Assembly: GCA_964035545.1 (NCBI GenBank)
Contig: OZ037769.1
Span: 6,739,929 to 6,803,928, forward strand
Reading direction: 5' to 3'
Origin: Bugula neritina
Lineage: Eukaryota > Animalia > Bryozoa
DNA: 64,000 bases
The notes under the pieces are model-generated. The model was given only the letters and a program-made list of their open reading frames with translations, had not been told where the DNA came from and did no database searches. The translations under genes were made by a program, and so were the position numbers. Below are positions 35,651 to 45,569 of this stretch, piece by piece (positions within the stretch are counted from its first letter, which is position 1; each line of letters begins with the position of its first letter).

Positions 35651-36847
35651 CTAGCACTTCTTTGCCAGCCGTTTCTCTAGTCGGGTCTGCAACTTAGCCA
35701 GCTCGGTGGTTGCTCGCTTCTGTTCCTTACTGAGGCGAGCCATACGCCGTTGTACTTTCCTAATGTCGGCTAGTAGGGATTGGTCAGGGTCGCTGTCATC
35801 TCGGGGTGTGTTGCTAGCACCCCTCTTCTTCTTATGGGTGTGTCGGGGTACATAGGAGATTGTCGTCGTTGGGGGTTGTGAGTCCTTCGTCACAGCGCGT
35901 CCAGCACGGGTTACTACGACGCGTAGAGGTTGGGTGGTTACGTCTGGAGGGTAGGTAGTCGTTGTTTCGGAGGGTTGGGGGTCTGCATCAGAGTCACTCT
36001 CTACTGTAGGTCGGGTAGCGGGGAAGTGGTCCAGGAGAGTCTGTCGTCGGTCCGGGTCAGTCACGTGGGGTAGTATTAGGTCCCGGAACTCCGTGTAAGA
36101 GTCTGCGTCGACTTCATACAAGTGCCCTACGTAACAGTCTCTAGTTCGTTGGTGTCTCAGTATCGTGTCCCTGCAGAAGTGGTGAACTCCGCAGGGACAG
36201 AAAGTCACAGTAAAGTGTTGTGGAACGTGTATTCTCAGTCTCCTAGTAGTCGATAGTATTCTTCTACATTCAGTGCATTGTCTATTGTCGTCCGTCCCTA
36301 CTATTGCTTCTATCAATGTTCGAGTCCGTCGAGTCGTCCAGTTAGTCCGTCCCAGTAAGGCTCTTGGTAGTGCTAGAGTAGTGTCCTTGGCTACAGTCAA
36401 GTCATCAGTCAAGTCGTTGGTATCAATTTGCATCGCAGTGTGTGTCGGGGAGTCCGTAAATGTTGCTAAATGTATGTCGGACAGCATGTCTACCCCTGCT
36501 TCTGACATGCTGTCCCAGTTAGTCGTAGGCGTGTCAAGTAATGCCTGTATCTCGTCGGATACAGGCTCAGTCTCACCTGCAATAGAGTATTTAAATTTAA
36601 TTACACTCTATGCGTGGGACTCCCGTTCCAAACAATATTAAATAATCGAGTCTCACTGTCACTCACTGATCGTGTAATCAGCTGAGTTGACTGTCCCACT
36701 CTAATTATCAATATCATTCGCTGTCAGGAGTTTCAACTTTATCATTATGACAAAGTGAGACTGCTGTCGCTACCAGAATAAATTCTAATTAATTATTATA
36801 GAATTTCTAGTAGACTTACCCCCCAAAACAGTTGCTGCATTAGACAT
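35651..36847 (-). CDS. Third gene of the Gypsy element: spliced (36847-36820 + 36576-35651), ~317-aa zinc-finger/coiled-coil protein
   Basis: ATG at 36847, MSNAATVLG-G|GTAAGT...243-nt intron...TTGCAG|GT GAG, in frame with the 285-aa ORF; C-x2-C-x12-H-x3-H and C-x-C-x12-H-x5-C fingers, HKKKR, C-terminal coiled coil. Confidence 0.75.
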
Positions 36848-37087
36848 AATGATGCTGCTGCTTTCTTAGGGCTCGTAGATAGCCAAATTATTTATTGCAA
36901 AAGACGTGCTGCCTGTTTGCTAGCTGTAATTGAAAAGAGCGCTCACAGCTAGAGTGCTTATGTAACACCCTATACGCTGTGATTTGGCTACGCTCTGCTG
37001 ACCACCGGCTGACCTATTCAATCCACCACTGGGTCGCCTGCTATCAATTACCTCGCTCCCCCAGACTCCTTTGTGAATGTCGCCATG

Positions 37088-40000
37088 CTACAGAATACTG
37101 TGCATGTCGACCAAGTCACACAAGAAGTCTTTTAAATAAGATGGTGGCGCCCTGGTACGTTGGCTACGGTCCAACGGTACCGGGGAGTTTGCTGCGACTG
37201 GCGACTCTTCCACCATGGGTGGTGTCGCCAGTACGGGGGGGTCCACCAGTACGGGTGGCCCTCCCCCAGCTGCCTCTCCCTCAGTATCCTGAGGAATTTC
37301 CATCTCATCCGGAACGATGGGCCTGTCGACCGGCTCCACAGGTGGTGGGGCCGGCTCCGACAGGTCTTCAGGTGTGTCGACCTCCTCTTCCTGGGGTGGA
37401 GGAGGTTGGGGCTGGTCGGCTGGCGCATCAGCCGCCCCGTCCTGGTCTGGCAGTATCTCCTCAATCTCTCGATATGCCATGGGTCGCCCCCTCATAGGAG
37501 GGCGCCTAGCTGGCTCTAAGAGAGGAGGTGCTTGACCTGCCGCATCAGGACTTGCCCAGTGAGGTTTAAGCCGTGCCTCGTTCTGGACCGACACTTGTCC
37601 AGACCGTTCCACTTTGTATGTATGATTTGGCATTACCTCAATTACGCAGTAGGGACCTACGAACTTCGGCTGCAACTTGGCTGCCTGTCCGCGCCTGCGG
37701 CGATAACTGGTCATCCAGACCCAGTCCCCCACCTTGTATAAGGGTGGGTCGTCAGAGTCACCACTCCTGACCTGCCACTGCTGCTCACGTAGCACCTCGT
37801 GAGCCGTCCCCATGCGTTTTACGAGCTTGTCCACGTAGTCGTGGACATTGCTCTCTGGATTCGGAACATGATAGGTTACGTGCTCAGGAACCCTTGTTTC
37901 TCTCCCCAGCATGAGAAAATTAGGGGTCTCCAGTGTACTGGAGTGAGGGGTACTACGGTACGCTCGCATGATCTGCGGCAACACCAAGTCCCACTCTTCC
38001 TGGCTCCTACCGATAAGCAGGCTTCTCAGAGAGTCCCCTAGCATTCGGTTGTTCCGCTCCACGACCCCGTTCCCTTGCGGGTGATACGGGGTTGTCCGAC
38101 TCTGGTTTACCCCCCACATTCTACAGAGATCGCTCATAAGTTGCGACTGAAACTGGGCGCCCTGGTCAGAGTGTATCTGCTCCGGCAAGCCGAAATAGCA
38201 GAACACCTGTTGATCCAGAGCTCTGGCCACCGAGGGGGCCGACGCATCTGGAATAGCCAGTGCATCAGCCCACCGCGTGAAATGGTCAGTTAGTACCAGT
38301 ATCCAGTTATTACCTCTCGCTGTAGTGGGCATGGGGCCTACCAGATCGACAGCAACCACCTGCCACGGACGACCGGCATGGAGGCGACGCCTCCCTGCGG
38401 TCTCAGTGGGGCGGCCATGCTTGCTAGCTTGGCACACCTCGCACTTCCGCACCCGGAGTCGGACATCCCGGGTCATACCGGGCCAAAACCACTGGAGTTG
38501 AAGACACCTGATCACCCGGCTAGCTCCTGCGTGAGCTTGCTTATGGGTGTCCCAGATCAACTCCCGCCGCAGAGCTGACGGGCAGACTACCCTCTCTCGT
38601 TCACTGCGATTGGTGCCGACTGCCAACGTAATCGTTAGCAGCCCATCGCTGTTGAACCTTAGGGAGTCCCAGCGGTCACAGAAGTACTTAAACTCAGTAC
38701 TCTTCACTCGCTGTTCGGCCTCACTCGGCCGCCGTCCCTCCTTCTTGGCCCGGACTAGGTCAGCTACCACTCCTGGTAGCGTGGACTGGAGCCGGCATAG
38801 CTCCCTGACGTTCCGAAGCAACGTGGGGTTTGCGTGAAGGTTGTTAACAGCTTTGTTGGGTGATTCGGACAGGAGTTGCCCTTCTTCCCAGCTGTACACA
38901 CCCGCTTTCCCCAACTGCGCTTCGACGTCCGAGCGAGGGGGTCCACCGTCCCTGCGCTCGATATTCTGGCATTGCTTACACCCATCTGCCTGGCGGCGGC
39001 TGAGTCCATCTGCATTACCGTGTTTCTTACCGGGTCGATGCTCGATCCGATAAGAAAACTCTGCCAGGATCTCTAGCCAGCGTGCCACTTGGCTGGATGG
39101 TTCTGCCCGTCGACACAGCCATATCAGGGACGCATGATCCGTCCGAAGCCGGAATGTGCGCCCATATAGATATGGTCTAAAGTGTTTGACCGCCTTGACT
39201 ACTGCCAAGAGTTCCCTCCTGGTTGTACAGTAGTTCTTCTCAGGCGCCGACAGGGCCTTGCTATAGTAAGCCACCACCACCTCGCGACCATCTTGGACCT
39301 GCGACAGCACAGCCCCCACATTATGGTTACTGGCATCAGTATCCAAAATGTACTCCTTCACAGGGTCAGGATACGCCAAGATGGGTGCTTCCACCAGGCG
39401 ATCCTTCAGGTGGTCAAATGCCTTCTGCTCAACCTGCGTCCACTGCCATCGCACCCCCTTTGCGGTCAGCCGATTTAACGGCTGTGCAATTCCTGCGAAG
39501 CCTGGTATGTACTGACGATAGTACCCCACCAGCCCCAGGAACGCCCGCAATTCAGAGAGGTCGACAGGAACAGCCCAGTCCCTCACAGCCCGTACCTTCT
39601 CGGGGTCAGTGGCGACCCCGTCTCGACCAACTACATGGCCCAGGTACTTGACCTCGCGTTGCAGTAATGCACACTTCGAGGGCTTTAGCTTCAGGTTAGC
39701 AGCTCGGAGTCTGTCGAACACCTCCCTGAGTCGACTGACATGTGTGTCGAAGTCGGGGGAGATGACGATGACATCATCGAGATATATGAGCAAGGTCTTC
39801 CAGTGCAGCCCACTCAGGACCTGCTCCATGAGTCGCTGGAAGGTGGCTGGTGCGGACGTAAGTCCGAATGGCAACACCTTCCATTTCCAGAGCCCATCCC
39901 GCGTTATGAACGCGGCCTTGTCCTGTGCTTCAGGACTCAGGGGCACCTGCCAATACCCGCTTAGCAAGTCCAACGTGCTGAAGAACTTGCTGCCAGCTAA

Positions 40001-41569
40001 GGCATCGAGCGACTCATCGATCCTCGGGAGAGGGTAAGCGTCCTGGATGGTCACGCTGTTCAGCCTGCGATAGTCAACGCAAAACCTCCAGCTACCATCC
40101 TTTTTCCGAACCAGGACGACTGGAGAACTCCAGGCCCCATGGCCTGGCTCAATCAGGTCCCGGTTCAGAAGGTCTTGCACCTGACGGCTCACTTCTCTCT
40201 CCTTCTCAGGACCTAACCGGCGGGTCGGCTGCCGAATCGGCACCGTCCCCGCCGCCAGGGGTATCTCATGACGAACCGTCTCAGTCAGACCCATGTCATG
40301 GTCGCCGCAACTGAACTCGTCTTTGTACTCAGAGAGTAGCCGCGCCATCACCAGGCGTTCTCGCTTGCTCTCGCAGCCATCACAGGCATCCTCGTACAAC
40401 TCTGTTACGTGTTCAGGCACCGGCCCCCTGCCGTCTCTAGTGGGTACTCCCCGGGCACCGCCCGCTGTTTCCAGCGCGGGCCCTACATCCTCCTCTTGCA
40501 TGGAGTGGAACTTCCCTACTAGAGACCCAGCCGGTAATTCTACCGGCTCCGTGAAAGGGTTTACGCACTGGACCAGGAACTCCCTCCGCTCATCCAGTCT
40601 ATTCAGACTGTTAGCGAGCTGGACGCCCCCCAGTGCACCTTCCACCACTCCGAGCTCGGAGATCTCCCTACAGTTCACTCTGCAGCGAACTGTAGCCCGG
40701 GAGCGCCCAGGTACAGTACAGCGCTGTACCACCTGCACTCCCCCCACCAAGGGTCGGCCAAATCGGTCGACACAGGCCAGCTCACGCCCCGCCATCACTA
40801 CTGCCGACTTGCTAAAGTCGATGTAGCACCTGTGTCTCTTCAGAAATGGCATGCCCAAGATGGCATCCTCCTTGAGTTGACTGACGATGAAGGTCTCACT
40901 GATCATCTGATCACGGACTCTACCAGTCAACTGGATTACCCCATAGAAAGGAATACACGACCCGTCCGCCAACGTGCCGTGTTCCCCCTCATATGGTTCT
41001 AGGCTAGCCCTGTCCTTGGCACTGAGAGTGTCGAAGAGACGTCGACTCAGTAGATTTGTGGTGCACCCAGTATCCAACAGGAATGTGGCAGCTTTACCAG
41101 CAATTTTGCCGGGGAGGAAATAGCTGCTTCCATATGGCTGGGCACTCACTGAGCGATTTGTCTCTTGAGGCGACACCTCATGTGCATGGAACTGGGGATG
41201 CACCTGTGCTTTGCGGTTGCGAGGGGGTCGTCGACGTTGCATGGGCGGGCAGGGTACGTCTCGGTCTCGCTCACACACGGGCGGCCGAGTGAATTCTCGG
41301 ACTGATGCTCGTGCGGGCAACCGGGGAAAATCCCTGTTGTGCTCCCATTCGTCGTTCACTCCCTCATCAAGCAAACCTTCAAAGCGGTTTTTGAGTGCCC
41401 AAGCCGGAGGTATTGGTGGGCCTTGCGGCCGACTCACTCTCCTTGGGACTTGCCACTCTGGCGAAGGCGGCCTCCTCACCCGATGGGGTGGGGGCCGTAG
41501 CCTTTGCCTTGGGGGGTTAAACTCGGGCCCACGGTAGGCGGAAGTTACCGTGGGCCGTCGCTGTTTAAC
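37088..41569 (-). CDS. pol: Gypsy Pol (PR-RT-RNase H-integrase), expressed as a -1 frameshift fusion with Gag
   Basis: LLDTGC protease; RT CVDYRRLN, LPFGL, YLDD; RNase H LDTDAS; integrase HKQAH...CEVC, VDLVGP, HSDQG, VERNNR; uninterrupted ~1500-codon frame. Confidence 0.96.
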   Translation of the reverse strand, partial: VKQRRPTVTSAYRGPEFNPPRQRLRPPPHRVRRPPSPEWQVPRRVSRPQGPPIPPAWALKNRFEGLLDEGVNDEWEHNRDFPRLPARASVREFTRPPVCERDRDVPCPPMQRRRPPRNRKAQVHPQFHAHEVSPQETNRSVSAQPYGSSYFLPGKIAGKAATFLLDTGCTTNLLSRRLFDTLSAKDRASLEPYEGEHGTLADGSCIPFYGVIQLTGRVRDQMISETFIVSQLKEDAILGMPFLKRHRCYIDFSKSAVVMAGRELACVDRFGRPLVGGVQVVQRCTVPGRSRATVRCRVNCREISELGVVEGALGGVQLANSLNRLDERREFLVQCVNPFTEPVELPAGSLVGKFHSMQEEDVGPALETAGGARGVPTRDGRGPVPEHVTELYEDACDGCESKRERLVMARLLSEYKDEFSCGDHDMGLTETVRHEIPLAAGTVPIRQPTRRLGPEKEREVSRQVQDLLNRDLIEPGHGAWSSPVVLVRKKDGSWRFCVDYRRLNSVTIQDAYPLPRIDESLDALAGSKFFSTLDLLSGYWQVPLSPEAQDKAAFITRDGLWKWKVLPFGLTSAPATFQRLMEQVLSGLHWKTLLIYLDDVIVISPDFDTHVSRLREVFDRLRAANLKLKPSKCALLQREVKYLGHVVGRDGVATDPEKVRAVRDWAVPVDLSELRAFLGLVGYYRQYIPGFAGIAQPLNRLTAKGVRWQWTQVEQKAFDHLKDRLVEAPILAYPDPVKEYILDTDASNHNVGAVLSQVQDGREVVVAYYSKALSAPEKNYCTTRRELLAVVKAVKHFRPYLYGRTFRLRTDHASLIWLCRRAEPSSQVARWLEILAEFSYRIEHRPGKKHGNADGLSRRQADGCKQCQNIERRDGGPPRSDVEAQLGKAGVYSWEEGQLLSESPNKAVNNLHANPTLLRNVRELCRLQSTLPGVVADLVRAKKEGRRPSEAEQRVKSTEFKYFCDRWDSLRFNSDGLLTITLAVGTNRSERERVVCPSALRRELIWDTHKQAHAGASRVIRCLQLQWFWPGMTRDVRLRVRKCEVCQASKHGRPTETAGRRRLHAGRPWQVVAVDLVGPMPTTARGNNWILVLTDHFTRWADALAIPDASAPSVARALDQQVFCYFGLPEQIHSDQGAQFQSQLMSDLCRMWGVNQSRTTPYHPQGNGVVERNNRMLGDSLRSLLIGRSQEEWDLVLPQIMRAYRSTPHSSTLETPNFLMLGRETRVPEHVTYHVPNPESNVHDYVDKLVKRMGTAHEVLREQQWQVRSGDSDDPPLYKVGDWVWMTSYRRRRGQAAKLQPKFVGPYCVIEVMPNHTYKVERSGQVSVQNEARLKPHWASPDAAGQAPPLLEPARRPPMRGRPMAYREIEEILPDQDGAADAPADQPQPPPPQEEEVDTPEDLSEPAPPPVEPVDRPIVPDEMEIPQDTEGEAAGGGPPVLVDPPVLATPPMVEESPVAANSPVPLDRSQRTRAPPSYLKDFLCDLVDMHSIL
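41526..41569 (-). promoter_or_regulatory. -1 programmed ribosomal frameshift signal
   Basis: Slippery G_UUA_AAC (41569-41563) in the gag frame, 6-nt spacer, then a perfect 11-bp stem GGCCCACGGUA/UACCGUGGGCC with a 9-nt loop; a -1 shift enters the pol frame. Confidence 0.8.
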
Positions 41570-42414
41570 CGCCTCCCACTGCCGCGGGGGCAACTTCGTA
41601 GGAAGTGCCCACCACTACCACAGCCCCAGCATACGGGGCCGCGCCTGTCGGCGACAGCTACCGACGACCTCTTGGGTCTCTCGGCTGTCGCCTGCTGGCG
41701 CAGTTGCCTGAACTCGGCGAGCAGTTCTCGAATCAAGCTCGTGGTTAAGATAGATTCGTCTGCTGCTGCCGCTGCGACTTGTACAGCTGTCTTCGTTGAC
41801 GACGTCGACACGTCGTCTGCCCCGACTTGCTGTACTGTCGCGCCAGGTCGACTTGCACTGTCGGCTTGGAAATAGGCATTCCCAAGCCTTAGAGCTCTCT
41901 CCATAGTCTCAACTTCGGCCACCAGCAGATGCTGTTTAAGACCGAGGTTGTTAATAGACTGGAGGAATGCATCCAGTGCTAGGCTCTGTCGACCATCGGC
42001 AGGCAAGTCGCTGTAAGCAACTTGTGCCAGTCGTTCGACTACGGTAGCGTGCTCTCGCAGATTGGTCTTAGGATTTCTCCTAAGACTCTGCAGTTGCACG
42101 CGAGCATCTCGAGCGGTTAATCCAAACCTAGCTCGTATTGCTTCAAATATGTCACCGACATTCTGGCTTATCCCATAGGGTTTAGCCGGCCCTGTCAGAC
42201 ACAACCGCAGCTGGATCAGAGTAACCCTGTTCGGCCATCCGCAGATGTCCGCCACATCACTGAACTCAGTGATGAATTGCTCCACATCTTCTTCTCCAGA
42301 GAAGGTGGGAGCCCGCAAGTGGTACCTGTCCATAGGCAGCGCTGGGCCGCCTATGTGATCCTCCTCCATTGCTGCTGGCTCCTGTCGGCGCGCGTCGACG
42401 ACTTCGTCGGCCAT
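41545..42414 (-). CDS. gag: Gypsy Gag
   Basis: APTFSGEEDVEQFITEF capsid start; zinc knuckle CWGCGSGGHFLRSC. Confidence 0.93.
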   Translation of the reverse strand: MADEVVDARRQEPAAMEEDHIGGPALPMDRYHLRAPTFSGEEDVEQFITEFSDVADICGWPNRVTLIQLRLCLTGPAKPYGISQNVGDIFEAIRARFGLTARDARVQLQSLRRNPKTNLREHATVVERLAQVAYSDLPADGRQSLALDAFLQSINNLGLKQHLLVAEVETMERALRLGNAYFQADSASRPGATVQQVGADDVSTSSTKTAVQVAAAAADESILTTSLIRELLAEFRQLRQQATAERPKRSSVAVADRRGPVCWGCGSGGHFLRSCPRGSGRRLNSDGPR

Positions 42415-42450
42415 CTTACTCCCTGACTAGGGGCATTTGTATTAAGTGAG

Positions 42451-42468
42451 ATCCCACCGCTGCCACCA
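42451..42468 (-). promoter_or_regulatory. Primer-binding site, tRNA-Leu-like
   Basis: TGGTGGCAGCGGTGGGAT, 1 nt after the 5' LTR, complementary to a tRNA-Leu 3' end (AUCCCACCGCUGCCACCA). Confidence 0.85.
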
Positions 42469-42469
42469 G

Positions 42470-42879
42470 TGTAGTGAATTTTGCCAGTTCACTATTATTA
42501 TTTGTGGGTCTACTTAATCAAAGCCACTGCGACTGGTTGTTTACAATAAGATACTTTATTAGTTACACAAAGACTAGAAGGTTATTTACTGCTAGCATGA
42601 ATAGAAAACGATTACATAATTAGTGAGCTTCAATACACAACTGTTCTAAATGAAGTCCCAAGCTGCTCTGCCGGCTAGCTACTCAGCGCACTGCAACTAC
42701 GAGTAGCTAGCTCCACCTGCTATCAATTAATGTCATTGTCCTGATTGGTGGCTACTAATGGTGCCACTACTGCCCATAGCTACACTCCGACAGTGTCGAA
42801 CTCACAAGATACATAAAACAATATAGAGTAAACCTTTTCGATTAATACCATAATACTTGCACTACTAAAATCTATCACA
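42470..42879 (-). repeat. 5' LTR
   Basis: Direct repeat of 35000-35409; adjacent to the PBS. Confidence 0.96.
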
Positions 42880-43246
42880 ATAGCGCAAGTGACATCTGTA
42901 TAATATTATTACAAATGTTAATATTAAGCTGGTTATAATTATATTATATGAATAACTTACCAATTACAGTCTCTAAAGCTAGCTTCCAAATCACTGGACA
43001 AACTATGACACCTTCTAATTCAAAGTATGAGAAACAAATAAATATTTATAATGCCGGTCTACTTTTATATATGAAGCATTGAGTGAATCATAATGGAATT
43101 TCCCAAGTGCTAGTGTTCACTAACCATGATAGATTTGACTAAGACCTGGACTCAGCTAGCCAGAGGTGTGTACCAACTCTGAAAAATCTCACCATTAAAA
43201 CTTTGCAAGTTAAAGTCCAAAATGCATGCTTATAAAAGGGGTTTAT

Positions 43247-44301
43247 TTACACTTGTTTTAGTTTTAGTGAATGCAGTAGTCCGACTAATCTATAATTTCT
43301 CACTTTAGTAGTTTTACAGTTAGTTATATCACTTTTTATCTTAGCATACACTTCCTCAACATATCCTTGGCCTTTCTGTTGGATCAGGAAAGCGCAGTCT
43401 GGAAACCATCTGGCATGTTCTTCCCAAGGATCATCATTCTCTCTCCAATGTTTAACTCCTCCGGCACAAAAGAAGCAGCGAACCTGATCTTCAAATCCTG
43501 TGAAATAAAATCCAGCCTCACACATTTTCTGAGCTGTGATTGGACTTGATGCTGGCCAACGAGCAAATGTTCGTATTCTGGTAGCTGCCGGAGCATAACG
43601 TATGAGAGCTGCTTTGTTGGTAGATATTCCTAACACGACTCCGTCTACTGACTCACTGTGAGTTCTTTGTTGTCTTTCATTTCCTGTCGGCTTATAGAAT
43701 CTTGTTATATTTTTAACGTCATCTTCAGAGAGCATGTTTGATTTATATTCTCTGTTCCCACATTCTAGTCCTTTGACAAATCTACAGAAAGTGAAGGATC
43801 CTGCATGTTCAACCATTGGTGTATCCGCAGAGTTCCACTGATGGAGACTTCCCCTGCAGAAGACACACTGGACTCTGTCAGCACAGTTCAATGAATAGAA
43901 TCCTGCTTGTGCCATCTTTACGCCAGACCTCTGGTCATCATATGGCCAGTTAACCAGAAATGTTTTACGTCTTTGTCTTTCATCCACCATCAGAGATTCT
44001 CTCTCTTCTAATGTAAGTTCTTTAAGTACGTAAGTTAGAAACTTTTTTGGACTCATGTCGTCTAGTCGTTGCTGTAAACTCAGAGGTAGTAGAGGATTGT
44101 GGTTTTCAGGGTATCTTGGTACGGTGTAGATAATTAAGTGAGCTTTTTTCGGGTTCCACCATCTACCATTTAGGTTGGAGAAACTTAAATCAGATAACTC
44201 CATATCCGAATCATTTTCTTTCTCTGATTTTGTTTTTTCAACTTTCAAGTCTTCACAAGAGTATTTGGCGTCAAGTTTCTGGCTTTTGGAATGATATATT
44301 C
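43247..44301 (-). CDS. IAP-family protein, two BIR domains, no RING in this exon (IAP copy 3)
   Basis: CVFC-x16-H-x6-C and CFFCAGGVKHWRENDDPWEEHARWFPDC; frame open from the acceptor gtttag| near 44302 (first ATG 44203); possible donor aaa|gtgaga at 43303. Confidence 0.85.
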
Positions 44302-45225
44302 CTAAACGCCACAGTTAGTTTAAGGTCATTACTTTCCAGATTCAGGCACTGCTTTATGTTATATATAAACGGTTTCCAGGGGATAGCTCGAACAATTTTT
44401 GTCTCACATTAACAAATTATACATGAAAAGATAGCTCTTGCATTCCTCTTTCATATACTTTTTTAATTTTTCAATAAAAAATTTTCTGAAAAAGTTGTTG
44501 CATAATAAGTAAAATTTTACACCCTCCATGTTCCACTGCTGTAGCACAGGGGATTCATTTTATAAAGTCTAAAAGTTAAACTTGACATTCCTTGATATGT
44601 TTTCTCTAATATACTTTCTTTGTTTTTTTAAATTCTGTTTATGCCCTTCACAATTTGGTAAAAACATACACCATTTTGCAAGTTTCACTGCAATTTTCTA
44701 AATTCTTCATATGGTGGTTCTAGCTACGCTCTTGTGACTAATTATAACATCCCTAGTACGTTTGCTGCTCTGCGCGCTATCACAATAACATATAGTACCC
44801 TTGTAGTAATTCGTGCAATTACTGTGCGTGAGTTATCTACTTGCGTATTTAGTTGGCTATTCTACTAGCAATTACTAGGGTAGCTGTCGAGTAATTATGT
44901 TTATTATCCACAATACAATATAAAGCAAACATTACATCAAATTATCCTCTACATCAGTCAACTACTAACACATGTTTCTACTTCAAGCCTCCGCTTACAA
45001 CAACGTGATCACTGCTAATTGCCCGGGAATTGTCACATGAGTCGGAAGCATCTCTTCCGGTGCTGCTGATTGGTTACTTCATAGGGGCCTTAGTATTCCC
45101 CCCCCAACGGAGGGAGGACGAATCTCATATTAGTACATTGCATGACTCACTACACCCTCTCGCACAAATTGGCAATCTATTGGATTTTTGCCAAAATAAT
45201 GTTCCCTGTTATACATTAGCACTTA

Positions 45226-45569
45226 GCCTAGGGCCACACGGCGCGTATTTTCGCATGCGAAAATTGAAATCACAAGTAGCAAGGGTGTCCACTGTGCGCG
45301 TTGAGAAAACATTCGCACTTGTCGCTCTGCATTTTCAACGCAAGTGCGAATCGTCTCTGTCATCGTCACCTAATTGGCTGGTAGTTATTCAGCGAGCCCA
45401 ATTTCTTCATTTTAGTGCTACATTCCAGTAAATTGTGTTTTATTGAAAGCGAGTGCGATTTAAAAATGAAAGCTTTATTTATCACACATCACTGACGCTA
45501 CAGTGGACACCTTTGCTACTTGCGGTTTCAATTTTCGCATGCGAAAATACGCACCGTGTGGCCCTAGGC
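45226..45569. mobile_element. PIF/Harbinger-type MITE (344 bp)
   Basis: ~70-bp TIRs gcctagggccacacggcgcgtattttcgcatgcgaaaattgaaa... / ...tttcaattttcgcatgcgaaaatacgcaccgtgtggccctaggc, with a TTA TSD on both sides. Confidence 0.85.

Larger units (their letters stand above)
35000..42879 (-). mobile_element. Full-length Ty3/Gypsy LTR retrotransposon (7880 bp), recent insertion
   Basis: 410-bp LTRs at 35000-35409 and 42470-42879 with no difference found by eye; TG...CA ends; 4-bp TSD ATAG (34996-34999 and 42880-42883); PBS, PPT, intact gag and PR-RT-RH-IN pol. Confidence 0.97.

Noticed and set aside
35651-36508. ORF3 as an env gene
   Set aside because: No signal peptide, fusion peptide or TM segment; it has zinc fingers and a basic coiled coil instead.
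36979-41875. Many plus-strand ORFs overlapping gag and pol
   Set aside because: Antisense shadows of GC-rich coding sequence with no recognisable motifs.
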